IMG/VR virus record: IMGVR_UViG_3300042322_000140
Location: 64,228-128,227 of that record
Origin: a virus
Taxonomy: Duplodnaviria > Heunggongvirae > Uroviricota > Caudoviricetes
Reading direction: 5' to 3' (one strand)
Length of the DNA: 64,000 bases
Shown: piece after piece, positions 20,505 through 30,211 of the stretch
How the letters are laid out: every line of letters starts with the position of its first letter
Numbering within the stretch: the first letter of the stretch is position 1
Program-made: the position numbers and the translations under genes
Notes under the pieces: generated by a model
Database searches by the model: none
What the model saw: only the letters and a program-made list of their open reading frames with translations
What the model was told of the DNA's origin: nothing

Positions 20505-20750
20505 ATGAAACCATTATTTCAAAGAGTTCTACTAAAAGTAGAAGTATTAAAACAACAAGAGCTGTTCGGAGAAGACCAGACCAAGCCAAAAGTACATCTA
20601 GTAGATATAGCAGATGATTGTCATGGCTCTATTCAAGGGTTAATAGGATCAGAAATCTTGTTCAATGGAGTTATAGCAGAAGTTGTAGAAGAAACAGAGG
20701 AATACAAATTAGTATTGACACACGAAACAAACTTATTAATGAAGTACTAA
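20505..20750 (+). CDS. groES: GroES-like co-chaperonin (Cpn10)
   Basis: 81 aa. N-terminal MKPLFQRVLLKVEV resembles GroES IRPLHDRVIVKR. C-terminal EEYKLVLTHETNLLMKY resembles EEVLIMSESDILAIVEA. Start overlaps the groEL stop. Confidence 0.55.
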   Translation: MKPLFQRVLLKVEVLKQQELFGEDQTKPKVHLVDIADDCHGSIQGLIGSEILFNGVIAEVVEETEEYKLVLTHETNLLMKY

Positions 20751-20873
20751 CCCCCCTATAAGGCACAAGTTAAGCCCTGTCGCTGTTGGGGTGTCCCCGG
20801 CAGTTCTGAATCCAGCCAAAAGGCGTAGGTGGTGTTAAGGTACAGGTACAATTAGGGTATTAAATAAAAAAAT

Positions 20874-21236
20874 ATGAATAGTAGTTTAACAACAAATAAC
20901 AGTAGCTTGATAGGTATAAGTGGTTCCGTACTTGGAGGTTATTCTGGTACAAGCACAGCAACAATCGCAACCCCTTATGGACTTGGGATTGGTATAGAAC
21001 CGTCAACGGGGTATATAACAATTAAAAATAATCAAATGAGACAAGTAAAAGTAGCACTCTTCAATGTAGTAAGAGACCCAGAAACTAACAATATCACAGA
21101 CTCTACTTTTGCAGAAGAGTTTTGGGTAAAACAAAAAGCAGACGTATCTCTAGAGTTAGCCACTATGACTCACTTAAAGAGATTAATTGACCCAGATAAA
21201 GAGGTCATAAGAGAAATTTATTCTATATACTTATAA
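20874..21236 (+). CDS. hypothetical protein
   Basis: 120-aa ORF. Confidence 0.45.
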   Translation: MNSSLTTNNSSLIGISGSVLGGYSGTSTATIATPYGLGIGIEPSTGYITIKNNQMRQVKVALFNVVRDPETNNITDSTFAEEFWVKQKADVSLELATMTHLKRLIDPDKEVIREIYSIYL

Positions 21237-21238
21237 GC

Positions 21239-22264
21239 ATGAAAAACACAAAAGACAGATTCCCACTTGATCCAAAAGTGAACTGGTGGAGGCTTCCGGA
21301 GGAAGTAGCGGTATTAGCAAAAAAAGTAAATGATATTGAAGTAGGTGGAGGAGTAACAGGCTCACCACAAGACTTACAAGATGTTACAGATGAAGGTGAG
21401 TCAACTACAAACAACATTCAGTTTCTTGATAACGCCAAGATACTTTTTGACAATGGCTCAAGATTACAAAAAGGTACTACTAATAGTCAGACTGGCGGTA
21501 ATGGAGGAGTTGCTCAGGTATGTTCTATAGACTACGAATTGAAATGGGAAGCAGGAAGACAGTATGTTATGCAACAAGACGGATTTACTATTCGTGAGGT
21601 AAGGCATAATTTTACACTTACTCCAGGAGTTAATGATGATTCTACTAGAGGGTTTGTTCCTGACAGCAGATGGATATTAGATAATGGAGATACCTACGTA
21701 TGTACAGACAATACAGCAGAAAACGCTATTTGGGTATTAATATTTACTGCACAAAATCCAGGTTTATTTGCTCAAACAGCATTAGGAACACTTATAACAA
21801 ACACTACAGTTGAAACTTCACTTATTGGTACAGGAGTTGGTTCATTAACTGTTCCAGCTAATGCTTTTCAAGTAGGTGATTCATTTACAGCTAAGATGTG
21901 TGGGTATTTATCTTGTGCAAATAATGAAACAATACATATTAGAGTGAAATCTGATGGTATCACTATAGCAGATGCTGGTATTTTCCAAATGAAAATAGCA
22001 ACAAATAAGTATTTTGAATTAACACTAGATTTTACTATCACAAAAATAGGAGCAGCTGGAGTAGCTGAACTATTTACAAATGGTCAATATAGTTATAACC
22101 ATAACGCAGCAGGAGAGCTATCTGGTAATAATTTTGCTTTAGTATCTAATACTGTATTTGACACAACAGTAGTCAACGCCTTATCAATTACAGCAGAATG
22201 GGGATTAGCCAATACAGCTAATAAAATACAATCCCAAAACTGCGTACTTACTAAAGTATATTAA
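21239..22264 (+). CDS. hypothetical protein (Gly/Thr/Asn-rich; possible structural or receptor-binding)
   Basis: 341-aa ORF. Composition resembles beta-rich fibre or lectin proteins. No motif assigned. Confidence 0.45.
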   Translation: MKNTKDRFPLDPKVNWWRLPEEVAVLAKKVNDIEVGGGVTGSPQDLQDVTDEGESTTNNIQFLDNAKILFDNGSRLQKGTTNSQTGGNGGVAQVCSIDYELKWEAGRQYVMQQDGFTIREVRHNFTLTPGVNDDSTRGFVPDSRWILDNGDTYVCTDNTAENAIWVLIFTAQNPGLFAQTALGTLITNTTVETSLIGTGVGSLTVPANAFQVGDSFTAKMCGYLSCANNETIHIRVKSDGITIADAGIFQMKIATNKYFELTLDFTITKIGAAGVAELFTNGQYSYNHNAAGELSGNNFALVSNTVFDTTVVNALSITAEWGLANTANKIQSQNCVLTKVY

Positions 22265-22577
22265 AAAAAAATTAGCCCTCTTCCGGTGCACTGGTAAGGA
22301 TCGAAGATGGAGATTACTGATACGATTGAAATAAAAACCTCTTCGGAGTTATCGTATAGGCGAGGATGCTCACCGGAACGTATGCCGGCACAGTTGTAGC
22401 TCTGGGGATAATTCAAAAGCTATAAAATATTGGGGGCAGGGCAAAACCTAGACAGCTTCTAAGCAGGGTTAAATCTGGACAGCCCCCATAATATTGCGTT
22501 AAAGTGTAAAGGTTGCATTCTGGTCTCATAAGTCAGAGGGGTGGTTCGATTCCACGTTACGCTACTAAATATAAAGT
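22265..22577 (+). ncRNA. unclassified structured RNA-like intergenic element
   Basis: ORF-free and GC-richer than the flanks. Long-range helices include CTTCCGGTGC/GCTCACCGGAAC, TGGGGGC/GCCCCCA, GATACGAT/ATCGTATA, and a CUC-UUCG-GAG tetraloop hairpin. A GGTTCGATTCC T-loop-like motif lies at 22543-22553. No cloverleaf could be closed. Confidence 0.35.
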
Positions 22578-22847
22578 ATGAGAGATAAGTATATTAAAAT
22601 GAGAAACTCCGGGAAGCTAGACATAAACTGGTTTTATCAGTATTACCGGAAAGAAGAAGGTAAAGCAGATCCACAGACCTTTTTTGACATATTTGAATAT
22701 GAGGTACAAAAAGTGCAAGTCCCAGGAGGCTTTATTGAAAACAGAGTTCCTAGAAATAAGCAGACAATACTAGATCACCTAGATAAAAAGTTTGAACTAA
22801 CAATCCTTTACAGCAAAGAAGGACAATTCCTAAAAATAGTAGAGTAA
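22578..22847 (+). CDS. hypothetical protein
   Basis: 89-aa ORF. Confidence 0.45.
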   Translation: MRDKYIKMRNSGKLDINWFYQYYRKEEGKADPQTFFDIFEYEVQKVQVPGGFIENRVPRNKQTILDHLDKKFELTILYSKEGQFLKIVE

Positions 22848-22848
22848 G

Positions 22849-23103
22849 ATGGCAGAAGTAGAGGCAATAAAATTTTCAGCAACATGGTGCGGTCCATGTA
22901 GAGTAGTATCAAAACAATTAGAAGGCCTAGACTTCACAAACATAGATATTGACGAAGACCAAGAGGGGCTAGCAAAAAAATCAAATGTAAGAAGCGTTCC
23001 CACAATTATCTTTATGAAAGATGGAGAAGAAGTAGGAAGACATTCAGGATTAATAACAAGAGAAGAATACATAACCAAACTAGAAACATTTAAAAATCAA
23101 TAA
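22849..23103 (+). CDS. trx: thioredoxin-like protein
   Basis: Canonical WCGPC active site (FSATWCGPCRVV) in an 84-aa protein. Confidence 0.8.
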   Translation: MAEVEAIKFSATWCGPCRVVSKQLEGLDFTNIDIDEDQEGLAKKSNVRSVPTIIFMKDGEEVGRHSGLITREEYITKLETFKNQ

Positions 23104-23106
23104 GAC

Positions 23107-23343
23107 ATGTTAAACCTTTTATGCCCAACAACAGCTGCCTCATTAGGTAGAAAAAAGTCACAAATACTGGGGATATTTACAAAAACTCATGCAGAGTTAG
23201 TAGCCCTATCAATAGAACATGATAACTACCATAGTAAATTATCAGACCAGATGTCTAAGATAGCAGAAGAGATGTCAGCTGTCGAAGGAGAAGTAGCAAG
23301 TACCAACAAGCTGCTATCTCAGATCAAGAAGTTTATCGACTAG
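23107..23343 (+). CDS. hypothetical protein
   Basis: 78-aa ORF. Confidence 0.4.
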   Translation: MLNLLCPTTAASLGRKKSQILGIFTKTHAELVALSIEHDNYHSKLSDQMSKIAEEMSAVEGEVASTNKLLSQIKKFID

Positions 23344-23347
23344 TACG

Positions 23348-23635
23348 ATGGTAAGAACTTACAGAAAAAAACCAGTCGATATACAGGCAGTCCAATTTAC
23401 TAGAGATAATTGGGAAGAGATTAAAGATTTTACAGATGGTACCGCCAAAGACCTTACAATAGAAAGAAGAATAGACGGTGTAGCCACATGTATTATCCCA
23501 ACATTAGAGGGGCAGCATATTGCAACAGAATGGGATTATATTATCCGAGGAGTAGAGGGGGAATTTTACCCTTGCAAACCAGGGATATTTGAGAAGACTT
23601 ACGAGATAAGTTCTAAAACATCTGAATTGCAATGA
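23348..23635 (+). CDS. hypothetical protein
   Basis: 95-aa ORF. Confidence 0.45.
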   Translation: MVRTYRKKPVDIQAVQFTRDNWEEIKDFTDGTAKDLTIERRIDGVATCIIPTLEGQHIATEWDYIIRGVEGEFYPCKPGIFEKTYEISSKTSELQ

Positions 23636-24171
23636 GAGATGAAACAACAGTCCAACTAAAGCTAAAAGCTTGGGACGAAAGCAACAAAGAAATGCACTCT
23701 CAGTTTCAGTTTATAGCTTCCGGAGAAGAAGGCAACGATTGGATAGTATTTACTTCCGATAAACAAAAGTTAACAGACGAACCTCACCCATTACAGAACC
23801 CTTACTTTAGACAACAGTTCAAAATAAGACAGTTCACCGGATCAAGCACTAAAGATGAAGACATCTATACTGGAGACTTTGTTAAAATAGAGTTCATGGA
23901 CTCAGATGAAAAAATAATTGCCACTGAAATATGCATAGCTTTATGGGAAGAAGGTATAGGAGCATTTACATTTGCACCTTCAACCAAACACAGAGGGCTA
24001 GATATAGAGGGATTCTTCAAGAGATACCGTAAAAAAGAAATACAGTTCATAAGATGGGTCGAGATTATAGGCAACATCTTTGAGAATCCAGAATTAGACC
24101 TTATATGGGAAAAAGAAAGAGAGCGAGAATTTAGTACAAACCCAGCAGTAGAAGATAACCAATTAAAATAA
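23632..24171 (+). CDS. hypothetical protein
   Basis: 179-aa ORF, start overlaps the previous stop. Confidence 0.45.
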   Translation: MRDETTVQLKLKAWDESNKEMHSQFQFIASGEEGNDWIVFTSDKQKLTDEPHPLQNPYFRQQFKIRQFTGSSTKDEDIYTGDFVKIEFMDSDEKIIATEICIALWEEGIGAFTFAPSTKHRGLDIEGFFKRYRKKEIQFIRWVEIIGNIFENPELDLIWEKEREREFSTNPAVEDNQLK

Positions 24172-24176
24172 ACCAA

Positions 24177-24395
24177 ATGTCAGAACAAAGACCACCCACA
24201 TTAGGGGAAAGAAGAGTACAAAGAAACTTTAATCCATCAGCAAACCCTCAAGTAGAGTCGTTGAAGATTAAGTACGCAGATTTGATAGATACCCTAGAGG
24301 ATCTAAGAACAGCATCAAATGCAAGAGAAGTATCAATAGCTCAAACAGAAGCAGAGACATCTTGTATGTATGCAGTAAAAGCAATCTTCGTATAA
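24177..24395 (+). CDS. hypothetical protein
   Basis: 72-aa ORF, last gene before the tandem terminators. Confidence 0.4.
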   Translation: MSEQRPPTLGERRVQRNFNPSANPQVESLKIKYADLIDTLEDLRTASNAREVSIAQTEAETSCMYAVKAIFV

Positions 24396-24430
24396 ACCCC
24401 AACAGGTAAGTGTACCACAAACCAAACTAG

Positions 24431-24455
24431 CCCCGGAGAGATCTGGGGTTTTTTT
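24431..24455 (+). terminator. rho-independent terminator 1
   Basis: CCCCGGAGAGATCTGGGG followed by T7. Confidence 0.7.
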
Positions 24456-24458
24456 GTA

Positions 24459-24490
24459 CCCCCCCTTAGAACAAGGTGAGGGGTTTTTTG
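24459..24490 (+). terminator. rho-independent terminator 2
   Basis: CCCCCCCTTAGAACAAGGTGAGGGG followed by T6. Confidence 0.6.
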
Positions 24491-24506
24491 TTTTGTAATT
24501 TTTAGG

Positions 24507-24561
24507 ATCAATTTTATGAAAATCAATTTTTTTAAGATCAATTTTTTTTGAAATCAATTTT
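24507..24561. repeat. 4 × ATCAATTTT direct repeats with 15-16 nt period
   Basis: Copies at 24507, 24522, 24537 and 24553. They lie in a 1.1-kb ORF-free region. Confidence 0.7.
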
Positions 24562-25487
24562 ATGTGGGGGACACCCTAACCACCATAGTAAAAACCCCCA
24601 CAGATTTTGGGAGATTTTACCCCACCCCCCCTATGATACCACACAAAGACCTTTGTGCCTTAAATCGAAGCCTAGGAGTTTTGGATTTTCCAAGTTATTT
24701 TTATACTATTTATCTATAGTATACCTAGATGTTATAAGGTTACTCTATACCTATAAAGTAGGTATGTAGTCAAGCAGTCTAGTTTTAGCCTAGCTTATTT
24801 AGACTAGTTATGTATAATATAATTGTTGATAACTTTATATGATTTTGTATTGCTATATCATTTCAATTACAGGGTTACCTATTCATTGGTATTTTCTTTC
24901 TACGGCAAAAAAACTATACAAGTGGCACTAAGATACCTAATTGATATTATCGTGTCTCAAATCGTCCCTAATTGATTTTGTGGCTGTATTGATACCATGC
25001 ACTATATAGTATTATAATACCTTATTTAGAATGAATATAAACTATATCTTTTTTTTACTTTATATTAGTTTATATGGAATTTAGTTGTATCTTTGTAGTG
25101 TTGAAATTAACAACCTATAAAATTGGGTTCATGTGTCCCTATTCACATGTAGCGAGACCACAGCAATAAAGTGGCGGTAGTGATAAAACACTATAAAATA
25201 GGCTAAGGCTAGTCTACCCTAAGAAGTGAAGCCCTAGATACTAACTAAATAAGATAGTACTAGTAAGTGTATGTAGGTAGAGACCTACACTGATGATTCG
25301 CAGTACGATGAAACACTTAATACCTTTGATATGAAAAATTTATCAGATTACATTGTACATTGTTCAATAGAGAGTATCCAATGGGACGAATACAATCGAC
25401 CATTTGAACAAACGCCAAACGGCAAAATCTATCTATCTAAAAAGTCTTACGACTATAGTATAGAAAACTAGTTTTTACAAGGTGATA

Positions 25488-25518
25488 CAGCCTACCTATA
25501 TAAGTGGCTGTTTTTTTT
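25488..25518 (+). terminator. hairpin plus T8 (CAGCC...GGCTGTTTTTTTT)
   Basis: Seen directly in the sequence. It sits just upstream of the ATG at 25531. Confidence 0.5.
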
Positions 25519-25530
25519 ATACATACTACT

Positions 25531-25725
25531 ATGAAAAAGTTTAACGAGTTCGAGTGTTCACTGATTGTTCAAGGTTTAGCATTGGTTTGCGAGGGTTGGA
25601 AAGCCGAGATTGACCAAGTAGAAGCCGAGGGTAAACGAAGTTTATTTACCCAAGCCTATGTTGACATGGTTGTCAAGGAATTGACCGAGAAAGTTCAACT
25701 AGGCACATTGAAGCCTAAGAAGTAA
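25531..25725 (+). CDS. hypothetical small protein
   Basis: ATG MKKFNEFE. The track ORF at 25504 starts with GTG inside the terminator hairpin, so it is trimmed here. Confidence 0.4.
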   Translation: MKKFNEFECSLIVQGLALVCEGWKAEIDQVEAEGKRSLFTQAYVDMVVKELTEKVQLGTLKPKK

Positions 25726-25897
25726 CAACCTAAAGCCCCTTGAAATATAGGGGCTATTTTAAATTAACTAATACATATTATCATGAAGTACTTAAAATAT
25801 TTTTTACAGCACCAAAGACCTCAAATTATTGCTTGTATTATTGCAGCACTTTATTTTCTAACTAGATTTTTATACTAACTAATTAAAACTTACAAAC

Positions 25898-26788
25898 ATG
25901 GAAATTTTAAAAGACTTACAAAGCGGACAAAAAAACATCGAGACTATCAAAACTCAATTATTTGATGTAATCAAAACACCTTATAAAACAGGTATTAAAA
26001 AATATCCTAACCCTAATAATGCATTCGGAGTTTATAGAAAAAAGGGTGGTAAAGACGCTTGGCTAGGTAATGTAGGTAAAGACTTCATACCAACACAACC
26101 TAAGCTGTTGTTTGAAGACTTTGAGAGTTGTCTGTATGACACTGATGCTAAGATGCAAGATGTTAAGTACATGGAACTGAAAGGCGGTAGCAAAATTGTA
26201 TTTGAAGCACCTATCAAGACTATCGGCTTCAAGAACTTGAAAGGCGAACAAGATGAAATGATAGTTAAGATTAACTTAGCTACGGGGTTTGACGGCTTAA
26301 CTAAGACTAGCTTATTTATTAGCTGTTACAGAATGGTTTGTGCTAACGGAATGAAAGCATGGCGTACTGAGTTCGCTACTTCTTTCAAGAATACTAAAAA
26401 TAATATCGGAAAGGCTTCATCACTTTGTTATGATGTTGCTAAGGCTACAGACCAAATCAACGACTTTGAGGCTTATCTTAGAAAGCTAGACAAAGTTCAA
26501 GTTAACCAATCTAAAGTTGACGAGTTTTTGATGAAGACAATCGGTTATAACGAGGCTATTCGTAGCGAACTAGGAACGGCTAAGCAAAACATTTTGAATA
26601 GTGTTCAAGAGAGTATTGCACTAGAGTTTAGTAGAACCGGCTCTACACTATGGGGCTTAGTAAATGGTATTACCCATTACACCAACCACGTTGCTAGAGC
26701 CGATGATAGAAATGATTATCTATTAGTAGGTGGCGGTCTTAAACTAAATGATACGGCACAAAAAGTAGCCTTAGAAATGGCTTACTAA
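25898..26788 (+). CDS. hypothetical protein, possibly DUF932-like phage/plasmid-associated family
   Basis: 296 aa. The YRMVCANGM motif resembles the conserved Cys-x-N-G of the DUF932 family. Assignment is tentative. Confidence 0.4.
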   Translation: MEILKDLQSGQKNIETIKTQLFDVIKTPYKTGIKKYPNPNNAFGVYRKKGGKDAWLGNVGKDFIPTQPKLLFEDFESCLYDTDAKMQDVKYMELKGGSKIVFEAPIKTIGFKNLKGEQDEMIVKINLATGFDGLTKTSLFISCYRMVCANGMKAWRTEFATSFKNTKNNIGKASSLCYDVAKATDQINDFEAYLRKLDKVQVNQSKVDEFLMKTIGYNEAIRSELGTAKQNILNSVQESIALEFSRTGSTLWGLVNGITHYTNHVARADDRNDYLLVGGGLKLNDTAQKVALEMAY

Positions 26789-27484
26789 TTATTAACCAAG
26801 CCCCTCGAAAGAGGGGTTTATATTACCTAGTACGTAGTGTAGACTATTCAGCAAAGCGAAATTGCCGTATCTATCCATGTGTAGCATGTTAAAGATTTTA
26901 GTTTGTGTGTTTCTATTTTATTGCTTGAGAATATTGTACCTAGGAAATTCAGTATTCAGTGCTAATGAAGATAAAAAATGAAACGCTCTAAAGTAATTGG
27001 GTTAGTAACAATCCTACCTTGTGAATACTTGTAAAGGTAAATTTGTTTATGTAGTTTTTTATTATTATCTTTGTAACTTAATCAATTAATTATATGGGCG
27101 TATATGTTGCAGTTACTATTATAGCAATAGTAGTTTTAAAATCTTTAAAAAAATAATAACTATGGTAAAAGTAGAACTATTAGACTTCGGTTTCAAAGCC
27201 GTTATCATCAAGGACAAAAAAGTTATAGGGGAAATGCTAGGAGTTACTTTAGCTAATCTATACACTAGCTTATATAAAGTTTATGGTATAGATCTCTATG
27301 GAAAAGTGTGTTTAAATTAATTAATATAAATCAATCATTATGACAAATCGAAAAAGTTATGCAGTTTTTATTATCTATCTTATTTTAATGACCTCTATGT
27401 TAGTCTCTAGTTGTGCTAGTAGATGCAAACAACAAAGAAGATATTGGAGTACCCATAGAGCAGTCTAATCTTAAATTAACTAAT

Positions 27485-27661
27485 ATGAAAAAATCAAATC
27501 TTATTATTTCGTCTATTGCACTTGTAGGGCAAGTTATGGGGTTCATCGGTATCTTTGTAGCTGACGGACATAATCAATTAATGTTAAGCCTTTACACATT
27601 TTTATTATTCGGTTGTATTGGGGGACTATCCTTGATATTAGATAGTAGAAGAGTAGTTTAA
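27485..27661 (+). CDS. small 2-TM membrane protein
   Basis: Start re-set to the ATG inside the TTAAATTAACTAATATG motif. Two hydrophobic helices (IISSIALVGQVMGFIGIFVA, LYTFLLFGCIGGLSLIL). Confidence 0.45.
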   Translation: MKKSNLIISSIALVGQVMGFIGIFVADGHNQLMLSLYTFLLFGCIGGLSLILDSRRVV

Positions 27662-27682
27662 ATTAACTAACACAAACAACAA

Positions 27683-27709
27683 GGGGGGACGAAAGTTTCC
27701 CCTTTTTTT
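27683..27709 (+). terminator. rho-independent terminator
   Basis: GGGGGGACGAAAGTTTCCCC followed by T7. Confidence 0.6.
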
Positions 27710-27787
27710 ATGCCCAAAAGTTTGGTAGATTAAAAACTTATTTGTATATTTGTATTGGCAATGATGCTAAACTAATACCTAACTATT

Positions 27788-28006
27788 ATGGCACAAGAAT
27801 TTATCTTAAGAGAAAATGTACTAACGGATAACACGTTATTACTAGCCGATGAAGGCAAAGTATTCAAAGGGGGATACATAGCGATAGTCAAAGAGTATAC
27901 CTATCAAAATTCGTGGTCGGATAAGTTAGGGGTAAAGAGGTTTAAAAAAGAGGATAGACTGAATAACTATCTTGAAAAGAATTACCCACAATTTGAAATG
28001 TATTAA
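27788..28006 (+). CDS. hypothetical protein
   Basis: 72 aa, downstream of the AAAAGTTTGGTAG...TAtaTTTG promoter. Confidence 0.45.
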   Translation: MAQEFILRENVLTDNTLLLADEGKVFKGGYIAIVKEYTYQNSWSDKLGVKRFKKEDRLNNYLEKNYPQFEMY

Positions 28007-28016
28007 ACTAACTAAT

Positions 28017-28196
28017 ATGAAAACTAGAAAATTAGACAAGGACGAGAGACAAGACATTGGTATAACTATTACCAATAAGTTAATTGAATTGGGTTATGTA
28101 CCCGATTGTACGGATACAGACGACCAAAGCGAGTTCGAGGTACAAGACTTAATTGCTAGTGTACTCAAGGAATTAAAATTAAGAAAAAAAGTTTAA
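28017..28196 (+). CDS. hypothetical small protein
   Basis: Start at the motif ATG (tattAAACTAACTAATATG). The track ORF at 27972 is over-extended. Confidence 0.4.
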   Translation: MKTRKLDKDERQDIGITITNKLIELGYVPDCTDTDDQSEFEVQDLIASVLKELKLRKKV

Positions 28197-28535
28197 AAAT
28201 AATAGCACTATCGTTTGGTAGTGTTATTTTTTTGTCGTATATTTGTATAACAATAAGAGGGAACGATATGGATAGATAGAATACATAGGGATAAGGATTT
28301 GACAAAGGGCGATGTGTAATACCAACACAGGAAGAGTAGACTCCGTCCTACCTTATAGTGAGAGAGTTGCGAGGGAAACGTTTGGGTAAAGATACGAAAA
28401 AAATCAAAGCAAAACAAATAAACTTATTAACAGAATTTTGTTGATAACTTAATAAAAAAATTGTTGCATAATCAAAACTATTGCCGTATATTTGTCTTGT
28501 GGTTGTAACAAAGCAATTACTTTATATTATATAGT

Positions 28536-28862
28536 ATGAAAAAAGTAGTAGTTAATATAGGTTTAAAAGTTAAAGATAGTGAGGGTAAAACGCAACTATC
28601 AAGAACGCTAACTTACTTATTAGAAAATGTTGTATTAACTAATGTAAGAGTAGAAGAAGAGGGTATATATAAAGGTAATAGTGAACGTACACTAGTAGCT
28701 TACTTTGAAGTAGATAGTTTAGGACTTTTGCTAAATACTTTGGCTTGGCAATTAAGTCAAGACGCTATTGCTTATAAGATAGACGGAATTGGGGGAGTAG
28801 CTTTTAATCCTTGGTATAAGGGGGAGAAGTTTTTGTTTGACCAACAATTTTTTATAGATTAA
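28536..28862 (+). CDS. hypothetical protein
   Basis: 108 aa. Confidence 0.45.
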   Translation: MKKVVVNIGLKVKDSEGKTQLSRTLTYLLENVVLTNVRVEEEGIYKGNSERTLVAYFEVDSLGLLLNTLAWQLSQDAIAYKIDGIGGVAFNPWYKGEKFLFDQQFFID

Positions 28863-28939
28863 TAAAAATAATTGCAAAAAAGTTTTGCAGTATCAAAAAT
28901 AAGTATTATATTTGTATAACAATTTAAAACAACAACATT

Positions 28940-29101
28940 ATGATTTACGTTTATTTTGAAAGTGGAACACATGCAGAACTAGTAGCAATCTTTAGCAGTG
29001 AAGATTTGTATATGGCTTGTTTGCCAATGCTAGAACAGAAAGCAAAAGAAAGTAATATGTACGTTACAGAAAGCGTACAAGAAACAAGTATTAATCAATA
29101 A
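28940..29101 (+). CDS. hypothetical small protein (53 aa, below ORF-track cutoff)
   Basis: ATG follows the AAAAAGTTTTGCAG...TAtaTTTG promoter. It ends at a TAA inside the next start motif. Confidence 0.3.
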   Translation: MIYVYFESGTHAELVAIFSSEDLYMACLPMLEQKAKESNMYVTESVQETSINQ

Positions 29102-29111
29102 ATTAACTAAT

Positions 29112-29699
29112 ATGAACACATTAAAAATAATACACGATAGTTGTGCAGAAAGTCCTAGAGAGTGGGATAATTTCGGAAATATGATTTGTTTCCATGGTCG
29201 TTATGATTTGGGGGATAAACACAATTACAATGCAGATGATTATTCGGGGTGGGAAGAAATGGAGAAAGCAATCCTAACAGATGAAGGCAAGGGTGCAATC
29301 ATTCTACCTTTGTACCTATACGACCATTCAGCAGTAAGTATAAGCACTAGTCCATTCGGTTGCCGTTGGGATAGTGGGCAGATAGGGTTTATAGTAGTTA
29401 ATAAGAAAACTATTTTAGACAATTTTGGGGGGAAGATTATTACCCAAAAGACAAGGGAGAAAGCAATCAAGTTGCTAGATGCAGAAGTAGAAACGTATAA
29501 CTATTATGTAGAGGGAGAAGTGTATGGTTTTAGGATAGTAGATGAAAACGATGATGAAGTGGATAGTTGTTGGGGTTTTTATGGTACAGACTTTTTAACC
29601 AATGGTATGCTAGAGTATATATCTTCGGAAAATTTAGGGGATATTACACAAGAACAATTAGAGGAGTTAGTAGAGAATACAGAAGTAGAGTATAGTTGA
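29112..29699 (+). CDS. hypothetical protein
   Basis: 195 aa, with a motif start. Confidence 0.5.
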   Translation: MNTLKIIHDSCAESPREWDNFGNMICFHGRYDLGDKHNYNADDYSGWEEMEKAILTDEGKGAIILPLYLYDHSAVSISTSPFGCRWDSGQIGFIVVNKKTILDNFGGKIITQKTREKAIKLLDAEVETYNYYVEGEVYGFRIVDENDDEVDSCWGFYGTDFLTNGMLEYISSENLGDITQEQLEELVENTEVEYS

Positions 29700-29840
29700 T
29701 AGAGGGTTTATTCTCCCCCCTTTGTTGTAGTATGCGAGGGGGGAAATAAAAAAGAAAAAAAGATTAAAAAAAATTAGGATAATAAAAAATTAATTAGTAC
29801 ATTTGTATAGGCAAATAAGCCAAACTTTAAATTAAACAAT

Positions 29841-30137
29841 ATGAAAATTGTAACACAAAAAGCAGTAGCATGTTTCCGTAATGGTGGGAACGCAACATTC
29901 AGTAACACTAGAGTAGTAACTGAAAATGAAGTATCAAAAATGTATTTGTTCGGTAACTTAATTGCTACCCTAGAACACAAGGTTGGGGGAGTAATGAAAG
30001 TATCTAATGCAGGTTGGGATAGCAACACTACAAAGGAAAGATTAAACGGCTTACCTAATGTTCGTATCAACCAAAAGAACTTTGAGTGGTATCTAAATGG
30101 GGAGAAGTGGAACGGAAGTTGGAAACAAATTAACTAA
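29841..30137 (+). CDS. hypothetical protein
   Basis: 98 aa. Confidence 0.45.
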   Translation: MKIVTQKAVACFRNGGNATFSNTRVVTENEVSKMYLFGNLIATLEHKVGGVMKVSNAGWDSNTTKERLNGLPNVRINQKNFEWYLNGEKWNGSWKQIN

Positions 30138-30211
30138 TATAAACAAGGCAAGTAGTGGGGGAGAGTTTTTTGAATTTGTCTTTCCCCTACAAAAGCCACA
30201 AACTAAAAGAT

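Noticed and set aside
22496-22570. tRNA gene around the GGTTCGATTCC T-loop at 22543.
   Set aside because: I could not pair any 5' acceptor strand with the sequence 3' of the T-stem (TTACGCT), and I could not build D or anticodon arms. It is reported only as a T-loop-like motif inside a structured element.
24507-24561. ATCAATTTT ×4 considered as a CRISPR array.
   Set aside because: The repeats are only 9 nt and the spacers are 6-7 nt. There is no leader and there are no cas genes. It is not a CRISPR array. It is kept as a possible iteron or repeat.
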